From NCBI GenBank assembly GCA_963796055.1, contig CAWCKH010000004.1, positions 2,720,001 through 2,784,000 of the forward strand: a stretch of DNA of 64,000 bases, given 5' to 3'. Shown piece after piece: positions 23,153 to 33,266 of the stretch. The notes beneath the pieces were generated by a model that was not told where the DNA came from, searched no databases, and was given only the letters and a program-made list of their open reading frames with translations. Source of the stretch: an uncultured delta proteobacterium. Lineage in GTDB: Bacteria; Myxococcota; Myxococcia; Myxococcales; Myxococcaceae. Positions within the stretch are counted from its first letter, which is position 1; every line of letters starts with the position of its first letter. The position numbers and the translations under genes were made by a program.

Positions 23153-23876
23153 CCGCCTCCAGCGCGTCCGTCGGCCCGGGTGTCGCTCTGCGGAGCGAGA
23201 CGGCGGCGGCCAGGGCGAGCACCGCCACCGAGGCCGCGGACCAGAGCAAGGACCAGATCAGCGCCGGGACGTGCGTCTGTGCCGCCAGGAGCACCGCGTC
23301 GCTCGGCCCCCCGCCCCCCGGACGCCAGAGGTCGTCGCGCAGGTCGAAGAGCGCGTAGAGCCCGGTGAAGACGGCGATGACCATCACCAGAGCTCGCACC
23401 GCTCCGGCGGGCAGGACCCGGGCCAGCACCAGCAGCACCGCCCCCATCACCAGGCAGTAGCCGACGGTGAAGGCATTGCCGGCGTAGATCAGCCCCATCG
23501 CCGTCACCCAGACGCCCATGGCGTAGAGCACCGCCCGGTGCAGCCGGAAACGGAAGGCGAGCACCAGCTGGAGGGCGCCGGACAGGGCGCTGCCCACGTA
23601 TCCCGCCGAATAGACCGCGATCTGCGGAAGCCAGCCCACGGGGAGAGCGGAGAGACACTGGCCCGACTCGTCGGCGCCGACGACGATGCGCTCCACCCGC
23701 CCGCCGAGGAGCAGCGTTGCCAGGGCGTGGCCCGTCTCGTGGACCAGCACCACCAGGAGCCGGAGCGGCGCCAGCCACGGGGCGCTCCAGAAGAAGAGGC
23801 CGGCCAGCACCAGGACGGCCAGCACGACGAGTCGCCCGGCGTCGAGGCCGGAGCGAGGGCGGAGGAGTTCGGGCAC
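23103..23876 (-). CDS. M50-family (M50B-like) intramembrane metallopeptidase
   Basis: VLVHETGHAL in a TM segment, AGYVGS, late SDA motif; multiple TMs. Confidence 0.85.
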   Translation of the reverse strand: MPELLRPRSGLDAGRLVVLAVLVLAGLFFWSAPWLAPLRLLVVLVHETGHALATLLLGGRVERIVVGADESGQCLSALPVGWLPQIAVYSAGYVGSALSGALQLVLAFRFRLHRAVLYAMGVWVTAMGLIYAGNAFTVGYCLVMGAVLLVLARVLPAGAVRALVMVIAVFTGLYALFDLRDDLWRPGGGGPSDAVLLAAQTHVPALIWSLLWSAASVAVLALAAAVSLRRATPGPTDALEAVRSAAASGMRRTTPNP

Positions 23877-24005
23877 GGAAAGGTCCCATCGTCAGGACGT
23901 TCCAGGCCCGCTGTCTATTTCACGGTCGACCCTCCTCGGGCCGCCACTCCCCCGGCCTTCCCGACCCGAGAAAGGGTGAGGAGACCGGGGGCACCCGCGG
24001 AACGA

Positions 24006-24299
24006 CTACTTGCCCGTACCGCTCGTGTCGGTCGAGCCCGAGCCGCCGGTGCTGGTGGACGTGTCGCCCTTCTTCTTCTCCTTCTCCTTGGTGCTGGTCG
24101 TGCTGGACTTGCTGCTCTTCTCGGTCGTCGATCCGGATCCGCCCGTGCTGGAGCCCGAGTGCATCGGGTCCGTGGTTCCGCTCGTCGTCCCAGCGCTGCT
24201 CTTGTCCGGCGGCGTCGTCGAGCCTCCGGATTGCGCGAAGGCAGCGCCCGCCGCCAGCATCGACACCACCGCCAACCGCTTCCACCAACTGTTCTGCAT
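24006..24299 (-). CDS. Small secreted Ser/Thr/Gly/Lys-rich hypothetical protein
   Basis: Signal peptide MQNSWWKRLAVVSMLAAGAAFA, AGGAG RBS, low-complexity body. Confidence 0.65.
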   Translation of the reverse strand: MQNSWWKRLAVVSMLAAGAAFAQSGGSTTPPDKSSAGTTSGTTDPMHSGSSTGGSGSTTEKSSKSSTTSTKEKEKKKGDTSTSTGGSGSTDTSGTGK

Positions 24300-24454
24300 G
24301 GATGAACACTCCTGTGACGGAGGGCGGTCGTCGCCCTCCTGAGACCCCCAAGCTGGGGCCTCCCCCGTGGATGCGGAACCGGGCCGGCGGTCTGCTCGGT
24401 CGGTGCAGGCACGCTCGCCCGAGCCACCGGCGGAACGGCGTCTCCCGTGCGGTC

Positions 24455-26122
24455 CTACGCCTGGTCCAGCGCCTGCTCGCTCTCGTCTTGGCGGGTCATG
24501 CCCCAGTCCTTGAGACGCTTGAAGAGCGTCGAGCGCGCGACCCCGAGCTCCTTCGCTACCCGCTCGCGGTTGTTGTTGAACTGTCGCAGCGCCGACTCGA
24601 CGATCTGCCGCTCGGCGAGCTCGAGCAGCTCCTCGAGCTTGCGACCGGGGATGTACTGCCCGGCGAGCGTGCTCCCGTTCCGTTGCCTGGGAGAGGGGTC
24701 GGGGTCGAAGGAGAGGTCCGCCTCGTCGATCGCCGCCCCGCGGCGCAGGAGCAGTGCCCGATGGACGACGTTGCGCAGCTCGCGGACATTGCCCGGCCAG
24801 TGGTGGGCCTCCAGCCGGGCCAGGGCGGCCGGGGTGAACCGCACCGTCTGCCCACGGGGCGAGAACTGCGCCAGGAGGAATTCGGCCAGCGCGGGGATGT
24901 CCCCCCGTCGATTGCGGAGCGGGGGAAGGGTGAGGGGGACGACACAGAGGCGGTAGTACAGGTCGTCGCGGAACTGGCCCGTCCGGCTCGCGGCGAGGAG
25001 GTCGCGGTTGGTCGCCGCCACCACCCGTACGTCCACGTGGCTCGGACGGCTCGATCCCACCCGCTTGATCTCGCCCGACTCCAGCGCGCGCAGCAGCTTG
25101 GCTTGGAGATCCAGCGGAAGGTCGCCGATCTCGTCGAGGAACAGCGTTCCCCCGTCCGCCTCCTCGAAGGCCCCCTTGTGGGCGCCGATCGCTCCGGTGA
25201 AGGCGCCCTTCTCGTGGCCGAACAGCTCGCTCTCGATGAGCTCCTTGCTGATCGCCGCGCAGTTCACCGGGACGAAGGGCCGCTCGGCGCGTGGGCTCCG
25301 GGCGTGGATGGCGCGGGCGACCAGCTCCTTGCCCGTCCCGGACTCGCCGAGGATGGTGACCGCGGCCGCCGAGGGCGCGACCCGCTCGATGAGGTCGATC
25401 AGCAGCCGCATCGCCGGGTCCTCGCCCACCAGCCCCTCCCAGGTGACAGGAGCGTCCCTGCGCGCCGACGTGGCCGGCTCGAGCAGCACGTCGGTCTCGC
25501 CGATGCGCAGCTGGGTGTGCAGCGGCACCTCGGCCTCGAACAGCCGTGCCGCGCCGAGCCAGGTGCCGTTGGTGCTGGCGTGGTCGAGCACCAGGAAGCG
25601 GGCGCCGCGGCGGGTGATGCGGAGGTGCTTGCCGGAGGTGAAGCGGTCGTCGAGGACCAGGTCGTTGCCGGGGTCCTTCCCAATCGTCGCTCCCTCCCCG
25701 ACGAGGCGGTGGACCGACTCGGTGCCGGCGTGCCGCAGACGGATCTGCGCCGCCTGCCACCGCTCGGAGACCCCCTCGGCCCGGGGTTGTGCGACCGTGC
25801 CCCGTACCTCGGTCTCGGGCGCCGCGTCGGTGCTCGCCGCGTGCGCCCGGAAGATGGCCCGCCATTGCCCGAGCACGATCTCTGCGCCGTCGGTCAGCGG
25901 AGCTCGGGGCGCACGCGCGCCTCCGACCACCGTCCCCTTGCCCGAGAGGTCCTCGACGGTGGCGGAATCGCCGGAGACGACGACCGCCACCTGTTGCCTG
26001 CTCACCTCCGGATCGGGGATGACCACGTCACAGCGATCCCCGCGACCGAGGACAATCCTCGGGCGATCCAGCGTGAAGCGGAGTACCTCCTCGCCACGCC
26101 GCAAAAACACCAGTTCCGGCAT
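24455..26122 (-). CDS. Sigma54 enhancer-binding protein with two N-terminal FHA domains and a Fis HTH
   Basis: FHA-like [18 protein letters not shown] and [20 protein letters not shown]...[44 protein letters not shown]-terminal HTH. Confidence 0.92.
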   Translation of the reverse strand: MPELVFLRRGEEVLRFTLDRPRIVLGRGDRCDVVIPDPEVSRQQVAVVVSGDSATVEDLSGKGTVVGGARAPRAPLTDGAEIVLGQWRAIFRAHAASTDAAPETEVRGTVAQPRAEGVSERWQAAQIRLRHAGTESVHRLVGEGATIGKDPGNDLVLDDRFTSGKHLRITRRGARFLVLDHASTNGTWLGAARLFEAEVPLHTQLRIGETDVLLEPATSARRDAPVTWEGLVGEDPAMRLLIDLIERVAPSAAAVTILGESGTGKELVARAIHARSPRAERPFVPVNCAAISKELIESELFGHEKGAFTGAIGAHKGAFEEADGGTLFLDEIGDLPLDLQAKLLRALESGEIKRVGSSRPSHVDVRVVAATNRDLLAASRTGQFRDDLYYRLCVVPLTLPPLRNRRGDIPALAEFLLAQFSPRGQTVRFTPAALARLEAHHWPGNVRELRNVVHRALLLRRGAAIDEADLSFDPDPSPRQRNGSTLAGQYIPGRKLEELLELAERQIVESALRQFNNNRERVAKELGVARSTLFKRLKDWGMTRQDESEQALDQA

Positions 26123-26205
26123 CCGACGGCCCCCCCGTACGTAGTACCCCACGCTACCAGCGGGCCCGCCAGGAGTTCAACGTCGTCACCCGGGGTGCGC
26201 TCCCC

Positions 26206-27162
26206 TCAGCGGCCGGGCCGGAGGTTCGGCTTTCCGAGGTAACCGGTGAGCTTCGCGTTCCGGTACGCCGAGTCCTGCGGGTCCACCGGAAGCTGGGTGA
26301 ATCCGGCGGCGATGATCCCCATCCGGCGGAGGAAGTCCGCGGTGGGGCGGATCCGCAAGCTGAGGTCTGGCTCGGAGTAGGGGAGCGCGCGCGCCAGCCG
26401 CACCGTCCCCGAAGCCTGGATGTCCAGCTCGGGCCCCTCGAGCCGCAGCGTCTTCAGCGTTCCGGTGCCGCGCTCGATGGGTAGCTCGGCCTCGAGCTTC
26501 CCGAAGTTGACCGGCGGGAGGTCCACCGGAGTCATCTGCCCCATGAGGGGGACGGTCACCGTGCCGCCCTTCACCTCCAGCCCGTTGCCGGTGAGCCGCA
26601 GGCGTCCCGAGGCCTGCGAGAGGTCGGGCTGCCCACCCTGCGGCCCGCTGGCGGGGATGTCGAGCGAGAGCTGGCCGTCGATCGTACCCACCGCGTCCAC
26701 GCCGGTGAGCCCGGCCACACCCGCCCTGGCCAGAGACAGGTGGTCGAAGTGGAGGCGGAGCTTCGACGTGCTTCCCGTCCCGATGGCCCCCCCGGCGTCG
26801 CCGCCGAAGAGCGCGGCGGAGAAACCCACACCCCAGGGGAAGAGGGAGGGCCGGAGCGTGAGGCGGTCGAGTCGCACGGTCTGCGCCGGTGGCCCGAGGC
26901 CATCGGGACGCTCGCCCACCCGTACCCCGCGGGCGCTCACCCCGAGGAACGCCGGGCCCATCGACTCGATGCGTACCCACAGACCCGCGGCATCGGCCTC
27001 GGACGCGATGCGCGCCCGGACCGCGTCGTAGGGGAAGGTGAGCGCGAGGAACAGCGCGAAGAGGAACACTCCCAGGCCGGCCCAGGCCGCGGTGCGCTCC
27101 CAGCCGACGAGCCGCGGCAACTTGATGGCGCGAAGTCGCTCGGTCAGCTCGGCCACCTGCAT
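26206..27162 (-). CDS. gspN: Type II secretion protein GspN
   Basis: One N-terminal TM followed by TFPYDAVRARI and a beta-rich body; last gsp gene after gspM. Confidence 0.8.
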   Translation of the reverse strand: MQVAELTERLRAIKLPRLVGWERTAAWAGLGVFLFALFLALTFPYDAVRARIASEADAAGLWVRIESMGPAFLGVSARGVRVGERPDGLGPPAQTVRLDRLTLRPSLFPWGVGFSAALFGGDAGGAIGTGSTSKLRLHFDHLSLARAGVAGLTGVDAVGTIDGQLSLDIPASGPQGGQPDLSQASGRLRLTGNGLEVKGGTVTVPLMGQMTPVDLPPVNFGKLEAELPIERGTGTLKTLRLEGPELDIQASGTVRLARALPYSEPDLSLRIRPTADFLRRMGIIAAGFTQLPVDPQDSAYRNAKLTGYLGKPNLRPGR

Positions 27163-27728
27163 CAGGGCCCCGCCTTGAGTCGGTACGAGGTGACGGCGGT
27201 CCAGGCGGTGAGCACGCCGTCCTTGGGCCTGGGCTCGATGCGCAGGAAGGTCACCCGCACCACGCCTGGACCCTGCTCCAGGGAACCGAGGAAGTCCACC
27301 AGCTTGGGCAGCGACACGTCGGTGAGGTTGAACTCCACGCTGCTCCCGATGATCCGCCCATCGCCCACCGGGATGTCGTTCTTTGGGTTCAGCGAGGGGA
27401 TGTCGAGGCCGGCCTTGGTCCCCTTCTCGTTGACGTAGGTGAGGAGGCTCACCTCGCTGGCGGTGAGCGCGGCCTCGGCCTGCTTGCGTGCTCGCTCGGC
27501 CTCGGCGTATCCGGCGGCGAGCTGCTCGGCCTCGGCCAGCCGGTGGAGCTTGCTCTCGGTCCGGCGCCGGGTGGCATCGGCCGAGGTCGAGAGCAGGAAG
27601 AGGACGAGGAAGGTGATCACCACCACCGCTGCACCGCCGGCGCTGGTGACCATCACCCGCTCGCGTGGGTTGAGCCGGAGGAACCAGGCCTGGAGGTCGC
27701 TCCAGAGGAGGCGGAGGCGCTCCATCAT
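27162..27728 (-). CDS. gspM: Type II secretion protein GspM
   Basis: WFLRLNPRERVMV motif, TM, coiled coil, ferredoxin-like LVDFLGSLE; ATGA overlap with gspL. Confidence 0.85.
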   Translation of the reverse strand: MMERLRLLWSDLQAWFLRLNPRERVMVTSAGGAAVVVITFLVLFLLSTSADATRRRTESKLHRLAEAEQLAAGYAEAERARKQAEAALTASEVSLLTYVNEKGTKAGLDIPSLNPKNDIPVGDGRIIGSSVEFNLTDVSLPKLVDFLGSLEQGPGVVRVTFLRIEPRPKDGVLTAWTAVTSYRLKAGP

Positions 27729-29302
27729 GAGCCGCTCCCCGCGCTGACCACGGCGTCGCCGCACTCCACCTGGACGTCGAGCGTGAACTGCACCCGCGAC
27801 GAGTCGCGCGCCCGCTCCACCTTGCCCTCCCTCACCTCCCGGAAGCAGCGGTAGGTCTTCAGCGCCGCGGCGAGCTTGTCGATGCTGCGGGCGGAGTCGG
27901 TCTCCCCCTTCAGGTGCAGCTGGTCGAGGTCGAACACCATCTGGGTGAAGACAACCGTCATCTCGGGGGGGACCCGCTGGGCCACCTCGGCGAGGAGCCC
28001 GGTGGCCGAGACGGGGGGCACGGCGCTGGCCGGGCTCTGCTGACCCCGGAGGAGATTCAGCGCCCGGTCGTAGTTCTTCTCGCAGCTCCCCAGGACCCGC
28101 TGGGTGAGCGCGCAGAGCCGGGCGTCCACCGCCGCCTCGCGCCGGCCGAGCAGGATGCCCCGGGTGATGTTGAAGACGCAGAGCAAGAGCGCGAGCACCC
28201 CGGCGAACGCCGCCACCCGGACCAGGCGCTCGCGCAGGTAATCCACGTGGCCCCGGAAGGCGAACTCGCCCTGGCGGAGGTTGAAGCGCGGCGCGCGGCC
28301 GCTGGACATCGCGCCCCGGAGCGACAGCGCGTACGCCTCGGCGGCGCGCGGCTGGACCTCGGGCGGCACGACCGCCGCGGCGGTGGCCGGGAGCAGGAGC
28401 ACGTCCGCGGGCAGCCCCAGCTCCGTGCCCAGGTGCTCGACCAGGCCGGGGAGCCGGGCGGTACCGCCGGCGAGCAGCAGGCGCGCCACCGGCAGGTGCT
28501 CTCGCCCCGAGGCCGCCTTCAAGGTGGCCCGGGTCTCGCGGACGAGAGGGGCCAGGGCGCGGACGAGCACCGCCCGCGCGCGCTCGTGCTCCGGTCCGCC
28601 GCCGGCGGCGAGCGAGCCGTCGCGCTCCTTCCACACCTCGGCCTCGGAGAGCGGCACCTGGAACTCGGCGGCCAGGGCGCGCGAGAGGTCACGGCCTCCG
28701 CCAGGGAAGGTGCGGGCGAAGAGCAGCCCCTCCGCCGGCCGCCCCACCGCGATGCTGGTCCGCTGGTGGCCGATGTCGATGACCGCCACCGCGGCCCCCG
28801 GGGCAACCTCGAACCGCTCCGGCGCGGCGACCAGCAGACTCTGGTAGGCGATGGCGGGGTGGGTCACCACCCGTGGGTCGAGCCCGCGGGCGGCGAGCGT
28901 CCTGAGCAGCTCGGCCAGCTCCTCGCGCCGGACCAGGCCAACGATGAGGTCGGTCGCGTTCGCCCGCCGGCGGGTTGTTTGGTGGTCGAACACCACCTGC
29001 GACAGCTCGAAGGGCAGCTCGCCCTCGACCTCGAAGGGCAGGGTGGCGGCGATGCGCTTGGCGTCGGTGAAGGGGAGGGTGAAGGCGTGGGTGGCGAGCG
29101 ACTGACCGGGCAGCGCCACCACCAACCGGTCCGGTGCCCAGGCGTTCTCGGCCAGGAACAATGCCAAGGCCTCGTCGAGCGGCGCCTCCTCCGCCCGGCG
29201 CGTCTCGGCGTAGTGGAGCACCGACGTGCCTCGTCCGGTCGCCTCGAGCAGCACGCCCTTCAGCGAGTGACTCCCGAGGTCCAGCCCCAGTACCCGCGCC
29301 AT
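27725..29302 (-). CDS. gspL: Type II secretion protein GspL (PilM-like actin-fold domain plus PilN-like periplasmic part)
   Basis: LGLDLGSHSLK, IDIGHQRT, LAGGTARLPGL, FNLRQGEF, then a TM and periplasmic domain. Confidence 0.85.
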   Translation of the reverse strand: MARVLGLDLGSHSLKGVLLEATGRGTSVLHYAETRRAEEAPLDEALALFLAENAWAPDRLVVALPGQSLATHAFTLPFTDAKRIAATLPFEVEGELPFELSQVVFDHQTTRRRANATDLIVGLVRREELAELLRTLAARGLDPRVVTHPAIAYQSLLVAAPERFEVAPGAAVAVIDIGHQRTSIAVGRPAEGLLFARTFPGGGRDLSRALAAEFQVPLSEAEVWKERDGSLAAGGGPEHERARAVLVRALAPLVRETRATLKAASGREHLPVARLLLAGGTARLPGLVEHLGTELGLPADVLLLPATAAAVVPPEVQPRAAEAYALSLRGAMSSGRAPRFNLRQGEFAFRGHVDYLRERLVRVAAFAGVLALLLCVFNITRGILLGRREAAVDARLCALTQRVLGSCEKNYDRALNLLRGQQSPASAVPPVSATGLLAEVAQRVPPEMTVVFTQMVFDLDQLHLKGETDSARSIDKLAAALKTYRCFREVREGKVERARDSSRVQFTLDVQVECGDAVVSAGSGS

Positions 29303-30555
29303 CAGTCTGCCCTCCAGTACAGCACCCGTCCCAGGCCGTCCCGCTGCGGGTCCGAGAGGCGGATGACCGCCGTCACCCGCCGCTCGACGTCTCCGGCGTT
29401 GCCGGTGGCCACGATGCGGAAGGTGTCGCTCTTGTCGCCGAGGAAGCTGTTGGCGGTGGTGCCCCCGGCGCCCTGCCGCTGGGTGACCTGGGGATTCACC
29501 GCGATGCCCGCGGCCTGAACCACCGTGGTGAAGTCCTGCACCGAGAAGCCCATCGGCATCATCGCCTTGGCGGCACGGACCTTCTGGACGATGCCGTCGA
29601 GGAAGACGGGGTCGTTGAGCCGCGGGTCGGGGCGCGCGGGATCGCCGATGCTGCGGATGGCGAGGGCGATGAGCAGGGGATCGTCGCTGTTCACGTTCAG
29701 GGGGGCGTTCGGGTCGGGGTAAACGGTGAGCCGGTCGCCGAAGGCGGCCATGAAGCGGTCGGTGACCCCGTTGACCAGATACAGCTCGCCGAGAGAATCG
29801 AACCAGGCGTTCTTCGGCCGGTACCGCGGGGTATAGCGGGTGTAGAGGCCGGCCTCGTCGGAGAAGCCATTCTGCAGCGTCACCTGCCCCACGGCGGTCA
29901 CGCTGAGGGCGGACTGGGTGTCGTCGTCGTCGACCCAGTCCTTGAGGGCGATCAGCACGTCGTTGGGGTTGGCCCGGATGCGATTGGCGTCTTCCCGGTC
30001 GAAGACGAACTCGAACCGCTTGTCGGAGACCAGGTTGTAGAGCCGCTGCACCGCGCCCTGGGCGGTGCCGGTCTGGAGCCCGGCCAGGGCGTTCACGTTC
30101 AGCTTCTCCTGCTCGTCCTCGATGCGGGCGTCGAAGCAGCCGGCGAAACCGCCGTACTCGATGCGGCCCTGCTCGTCGACCCCCCCGGCGCCGGTGATGG
30201 AGAACTTTCCGCGCCGTCCTGCTCCGGCCTGGGGCACCACGCTCTCGAGAAGGTGGCAGTCGAGCTTGGCCATCCGCCAGAGCTGGAGGTTGATGCCCTG
30301 CGCGGCCCCGGGCAGGGAGGCGGTGGTCCGGTCGAGCTGCTTCTGGAAGAGGAGCAGCATGCGGGCCAGCCCGATGCTGCTCTTGGCCAGGTACTCGGCG
30401 CGGAGGGCGTCGCGCTGGTGGGTGGCAAGCTCCAGATCGACCCGTGTCTGGAAGGCGAACTCCGCCGCCACCGCGGTGAGGATGGCGATGGAGACCGTGA
30501 CCATCAGGAGCGCGACGCCCCGCTGCTCCCTGCCGCTCCGACCGCGCCGTCGCAT
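29302..30555 (-). CDS. gspK: Type II secretion minor pseudopilin GspK
   Basis: QRG|VALLMV prepilin-like N-terminus, IEDEQEKLNVN, DWVDDD, SLGELYLVNGV, LNVN. Confidence 0.9.
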   Translation of the reverse strand: MRRRGRSGREQRGVALLMVTVSIAILTAVAAEFAFQTRVDLELATHQRDALRAEYLAKSSIGLARMLLLFQKQLDRTTASLPGAAQGINLQLWRMAKLDCHLLESVVPQAGAGRRGKFSITGAGGVDEQGRIEYGGFAGCFDARIEDEQEKLNVNALAGLQTGTAQGAVQRLYNLVSDKRFEFVFDREDANRIRANPNDVLIALKDWVDDDDTQSALSVTAVGQVTLQNGFSDEAGLYTRYTPRYRPKNAWFDSLGELYLVNGVTDRFMAAFGDRLTVYPDPNAPLNVNSDDPLLIALAIRSIGDPARPDPRLNDPVFLDGIVQKVRAAKAMMPMGFSVQDFTTVVQAAGIAVNPQVTQRQGAGGTTANSFLGDKSDTFRIVATGNAGDVERRVTAVIRLSDPQRDGLGRVLYWRAD

Positions 30556-31223
30556 CAGAACCTCGGGATCTCGGTGTTGAGCACGATGCGGGCCTGGGTC
30601 ACGTACCGCGCCTCGCGTCCGTTCTCGTCCAGGGCGGAGATGGAGATGCGCACTCGCACCGGGAGGATGGACTTCTTCTCGATCCGCCGGGTGTCCCATT
30701 CGTCCACCCAGTCCTTCTTGTCCGAGTCCCAGTAGGCGAAGTCGATCCGCTTGATGCTCTCCACCAGCACGTCCTCGGTGCCGCCGCGGTCGAGGCGGTC
30801 GTCGAGGAGCGAGTCCTCGCGGCGAATCAGGTTCATCCGCGACTGGCCGCCGGGCGCGGGAGTGGACTTGGCGTAGTACTCCACCACCATCTGGTCGGAC
30901 TCCTTGGCGTCGGAGTAGAGCCGCTGGTGGGCCATGGTGGTGAAGAGCAGCCGGTCGCGGGTGCCGATGAAGTTGGTGGGCCGGTCGTTCTGGTCGCGGT
31001 AGCGGCGGGTGTCGTAGTGGTCGCTGACGAAGGCGCCGGAGATCTCGCGCACCATCCGGTCGGTCCCGGTGCGCAGCGCGCGGTAGCGGTCCTGCTCGGC
31101 CTCCACCAGCTCCTTGGCCCGGTAGCCGCTCTGGAAGGCGGCGGCGATGAGCCCGCCCATCATCGCGGTGATGGCCACCGCGATGACCACCTCCAGCAGA
31201 GTGAATCCAGGTGCGCGTCTCAT
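30555..31223 (-). CDS. gspJ: Type II secretion minor pseudopilin GspJ
   Basis: MRRAPG|FTLLEVVIAVAI N-methylation motif; C-terminal WVDEW...LPVRVRI. Confidence 0.88.
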   Translation of the reverse strand: MRRAPGFTLLEVVIAVAITAMMGGLIAAAFQSGYRAKELVEAEQDRYRALRTGTDRMVREISGAFVSDHYDTRRYRDQNDRPTNFIGTRDRLLFTTMAHQRLYSDAKESDQMVVEYYAKSTPAPGGQSRMNLIRREDSLLDDRLDRGGTEDVLVESIKRIDFAYWDSDKKDWVDEWDTRRIEKKSILPVRVRISISALDENGREARYVTQARIVLNTEIPRF

Positions 31224-32081
31224 CGGATGGGCCGTCCGCTGGGGTCGAGCGGCGTGCCCGGGGGCGTGTTGCCGCGGATGGGACCGAAGGTCGGCTGACC
31301 GCCGGGGTTGAGGCCGGGGATACCGCCGGAGAAGGGCTGCTGCCCCGGGGCGCCGGGAACGCCGGGGGTGCCCGGGGCGGTGGACAGCGCCGCGCCGGGG
31401 GTCCCGTTCCGATCCGAGCCCTGCCGCAGCGAAAACACGTCGTTCACCAGGTCGATGCTCTCGGTCCGTCTGCCCTCCTTCCAGCTGACGGTGAGGTGCA
31501 CCTCGCGCACCCCCTTCTGGATCTGCTGGAGGAGCTGCTGCATCTGGGTCTGGGCGAGTGCGGCGAAGGGGCCGAGGGCAGAGAGTCCGGAGGCGGCGGT
31601 GGCGCCGGGCGGAAGCGCGCCGAGGCTGGGCCCGGCCGCCTGCTGGGCAAGGTTGCCGTAGCTCTGCTGGAGCTGCGCGAGGTTCCCCACCCCTCCGTCG
31701 CGCCCTCCGCCGAGGAGCGCGGCCAGGCCGGAGAGGCCGTCCGTGCCCGGGGGAATGTTGAAGAGGGCCTCGAGCAGCTTGTCCGGCGACACCTCCGTGG
31801 TGCGCGGGGCGAGGATCTGCGCCTGCCAGGTGTAGGCCTCCCAGCCCTCGGCGCGGAAGTCGCCATGCGATCTCCTGGTCGTCGTTGTCGAAGCCCTTGT
31901 CGTAGAGCTCCTGCTCGATGTCGGTCATCTTCGAACGGGCGAGCATGGTGGCGATGGTGAGCCGCTTGGCGTAGGCGTGGCTGGCCACCGCCCCGGCGTT
32001 GAGGTCGAAGATGGCCAGCAGCGCCAGCCCGAGGATGGCCAGGGCCACCACCACCTCCAGGAGGGTGAAGCCGCGCCTCAT
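31220..32081 (-). CDS. gspI: Type II secretion minor pseudopilin GspI, interrupted by a +1 frameshift near 31865-31869
   Basis: MRRG|FTLLEVVVALAIL...DNDDQEI in one frame, continuing GDFRAEGWEAYTWQAQILAP...VREVHLTVSW in the next. The span is 862 nt (3n+1). Confidence 0.8.
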
Positions 32082-32806
32082 GGCTTCGGGATCTCCGGCT
32101 CGCCGTCGACGATGGAGGTCTTGCCGGTGATCGGCGAGACCAGCAGGGTCCAGACGTTCTTCCCCTGGCGGACAGTGACCTGGGCCCGTTCGGTGTAACC
32201 CTGGGGGAAGAAGTAGAGGTAGGCGAGGCCGCGGTCGATCTTCGCCCGCTGGTGGGAGGTCCAGACCGAGACCCGGACTCCGCTCATCTTTCGCGGCTCG
32301 ATCTCCGCCGTGGTGAAGGCGGAGAACTGGGCCGCCTTCTCCACCCGGGCCTTCTCCGAGTCGAGCACGTCGAGCAGGGTGGAGCCGGAGGAGCTGGAGC
32401 CGTACGCGCCGTAGGAGCTGGGGCCGGGGGGAGGTGGGGGCGCATCCCGGGCACTGCCGCGGCTCTTCTTCCGGTACGCCTCCACCGCGGCCTTGGTCGC
32501 GTCGCGGATCTCCTGGTCGCGGTCCATGGCCGAGGTGACGGGCCCGCTGGCGCACTCGGCGCGGTAGGCGAACTCGGCCGAGTCGTCCTTCGGCAACAGG
32601 AGCACCAGCCGGCAGGTGTTTCCGCTCAGCGCCGCGGTGTCGTAGAGCGACCGCGCCGCCGCCCCCAGCTCGCCCATCGCCTCGCGGGCCCGCGCCCCGG
32701 TGAGCGCGCCGAGGCCCAGCACGAGCGCGGCAAAGAGTCCCGCGGCGATGGCGATGGCCACCGTGAGCTCGATCAGGGTGAAGCCTCTTGCGGCGTGGCG
32801 GGGCAT
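32078..32806 (-). CDS. gspH: Type II secretion minor pseudopilin GspH
   Basis: ARG|FTLIELTVAIAI, C-terminal LYFFPQGYTE; lies between gspG and gspI. Confidence 0.82.
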   Translation of the reverse strand: MPRHAARGFTLIELTVAIAIAAGLFAALVLGLGALTGARAREAMGELGAAARSLYDTAALSGNTCRLVLLLPKDDSAEFAYRAECASGPVTSAMDRDQEIRDATKAAVEAYRKKSRGSARDAPPPPPGPSSYGAYGSSSSGSTLLDVLDSEKARVEKAAQFSAFTTAEIEPRKMSGVRVSVWTSHQRAKIDRGLAYLYFFPQGYTERAQVTVRQGKNVWTLLVSPITGKTSIVDGEPEIPKP

Positions 32807-32849
32807 CAGCGGGTGGAGACCTCGGTGGAGCGGGCTCGGCCAACACTCC

Positions 32850-33266
32850 TCATGGCTTCGTGGCGGTCGCCGCCGGACGGTTGGTGAGGTCCGCGTTCGG
32901 CCCATCGCCCCCCGGCGTGCCGTCGGCACCGTAGGAGGTGATGATCGGTCGGCCGTTCTCGAGCGTGTACACGTAGTCGTTGCCCCAGGCGTCCTTGGGC
33001 AGCTTGTCGATGATTTCGAGATCCACCAGCGCCTTGAAGCCCGTGGTGGTGTCGGGGAACTTGCCCTTCCGGGCGTTGTAAAGCTTCAGCGCCGAGTCGA
33101 GGTTCCCGATGTCCAGGGTGGTCCGATCGACACGCGCCTTCTGGAGCTGCGGGAACACCGCGATCACCACAGCCGAGGCGATGAGACCGAGGATCACCAG
33201 CACCACCATGATCTCGATCAGCGTCATGCCGTGTGGGGCGCGGCGTCCCTTGAGCTTGCGCTTCAT
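32850..33266 (-). CDS. gspG: Type II secretion major pseudopilin GspG
   Basis: HG|MTLIEIMVVLVILGLI, ALKLY, PKDAWGNDYVY, SYGADGTPGGDG.NAD. Confidence 0.93.
   Translation of the reverse strand: MKRKLKGRRAPHGMTLIEIMVVLVILGLIASAVVIAVFPQLQKARVDRTTLDIGNLDSALKLYNARKGKFPDTTTGFKALVDLEIIDKLPKDAWGNDYVYTLENGRPIITSYGADGTPGGDGPNADLTNRPAATATKP

Noticed and set aside
32806..32846. Possible third gsp frameshift: a GAGGAG-preceded start near 32843-32846 is out of frame with gspH
   Set aside because: An in-frame ATG at 32806 gives a normal short prepilin leader, so no frameshift is needed.
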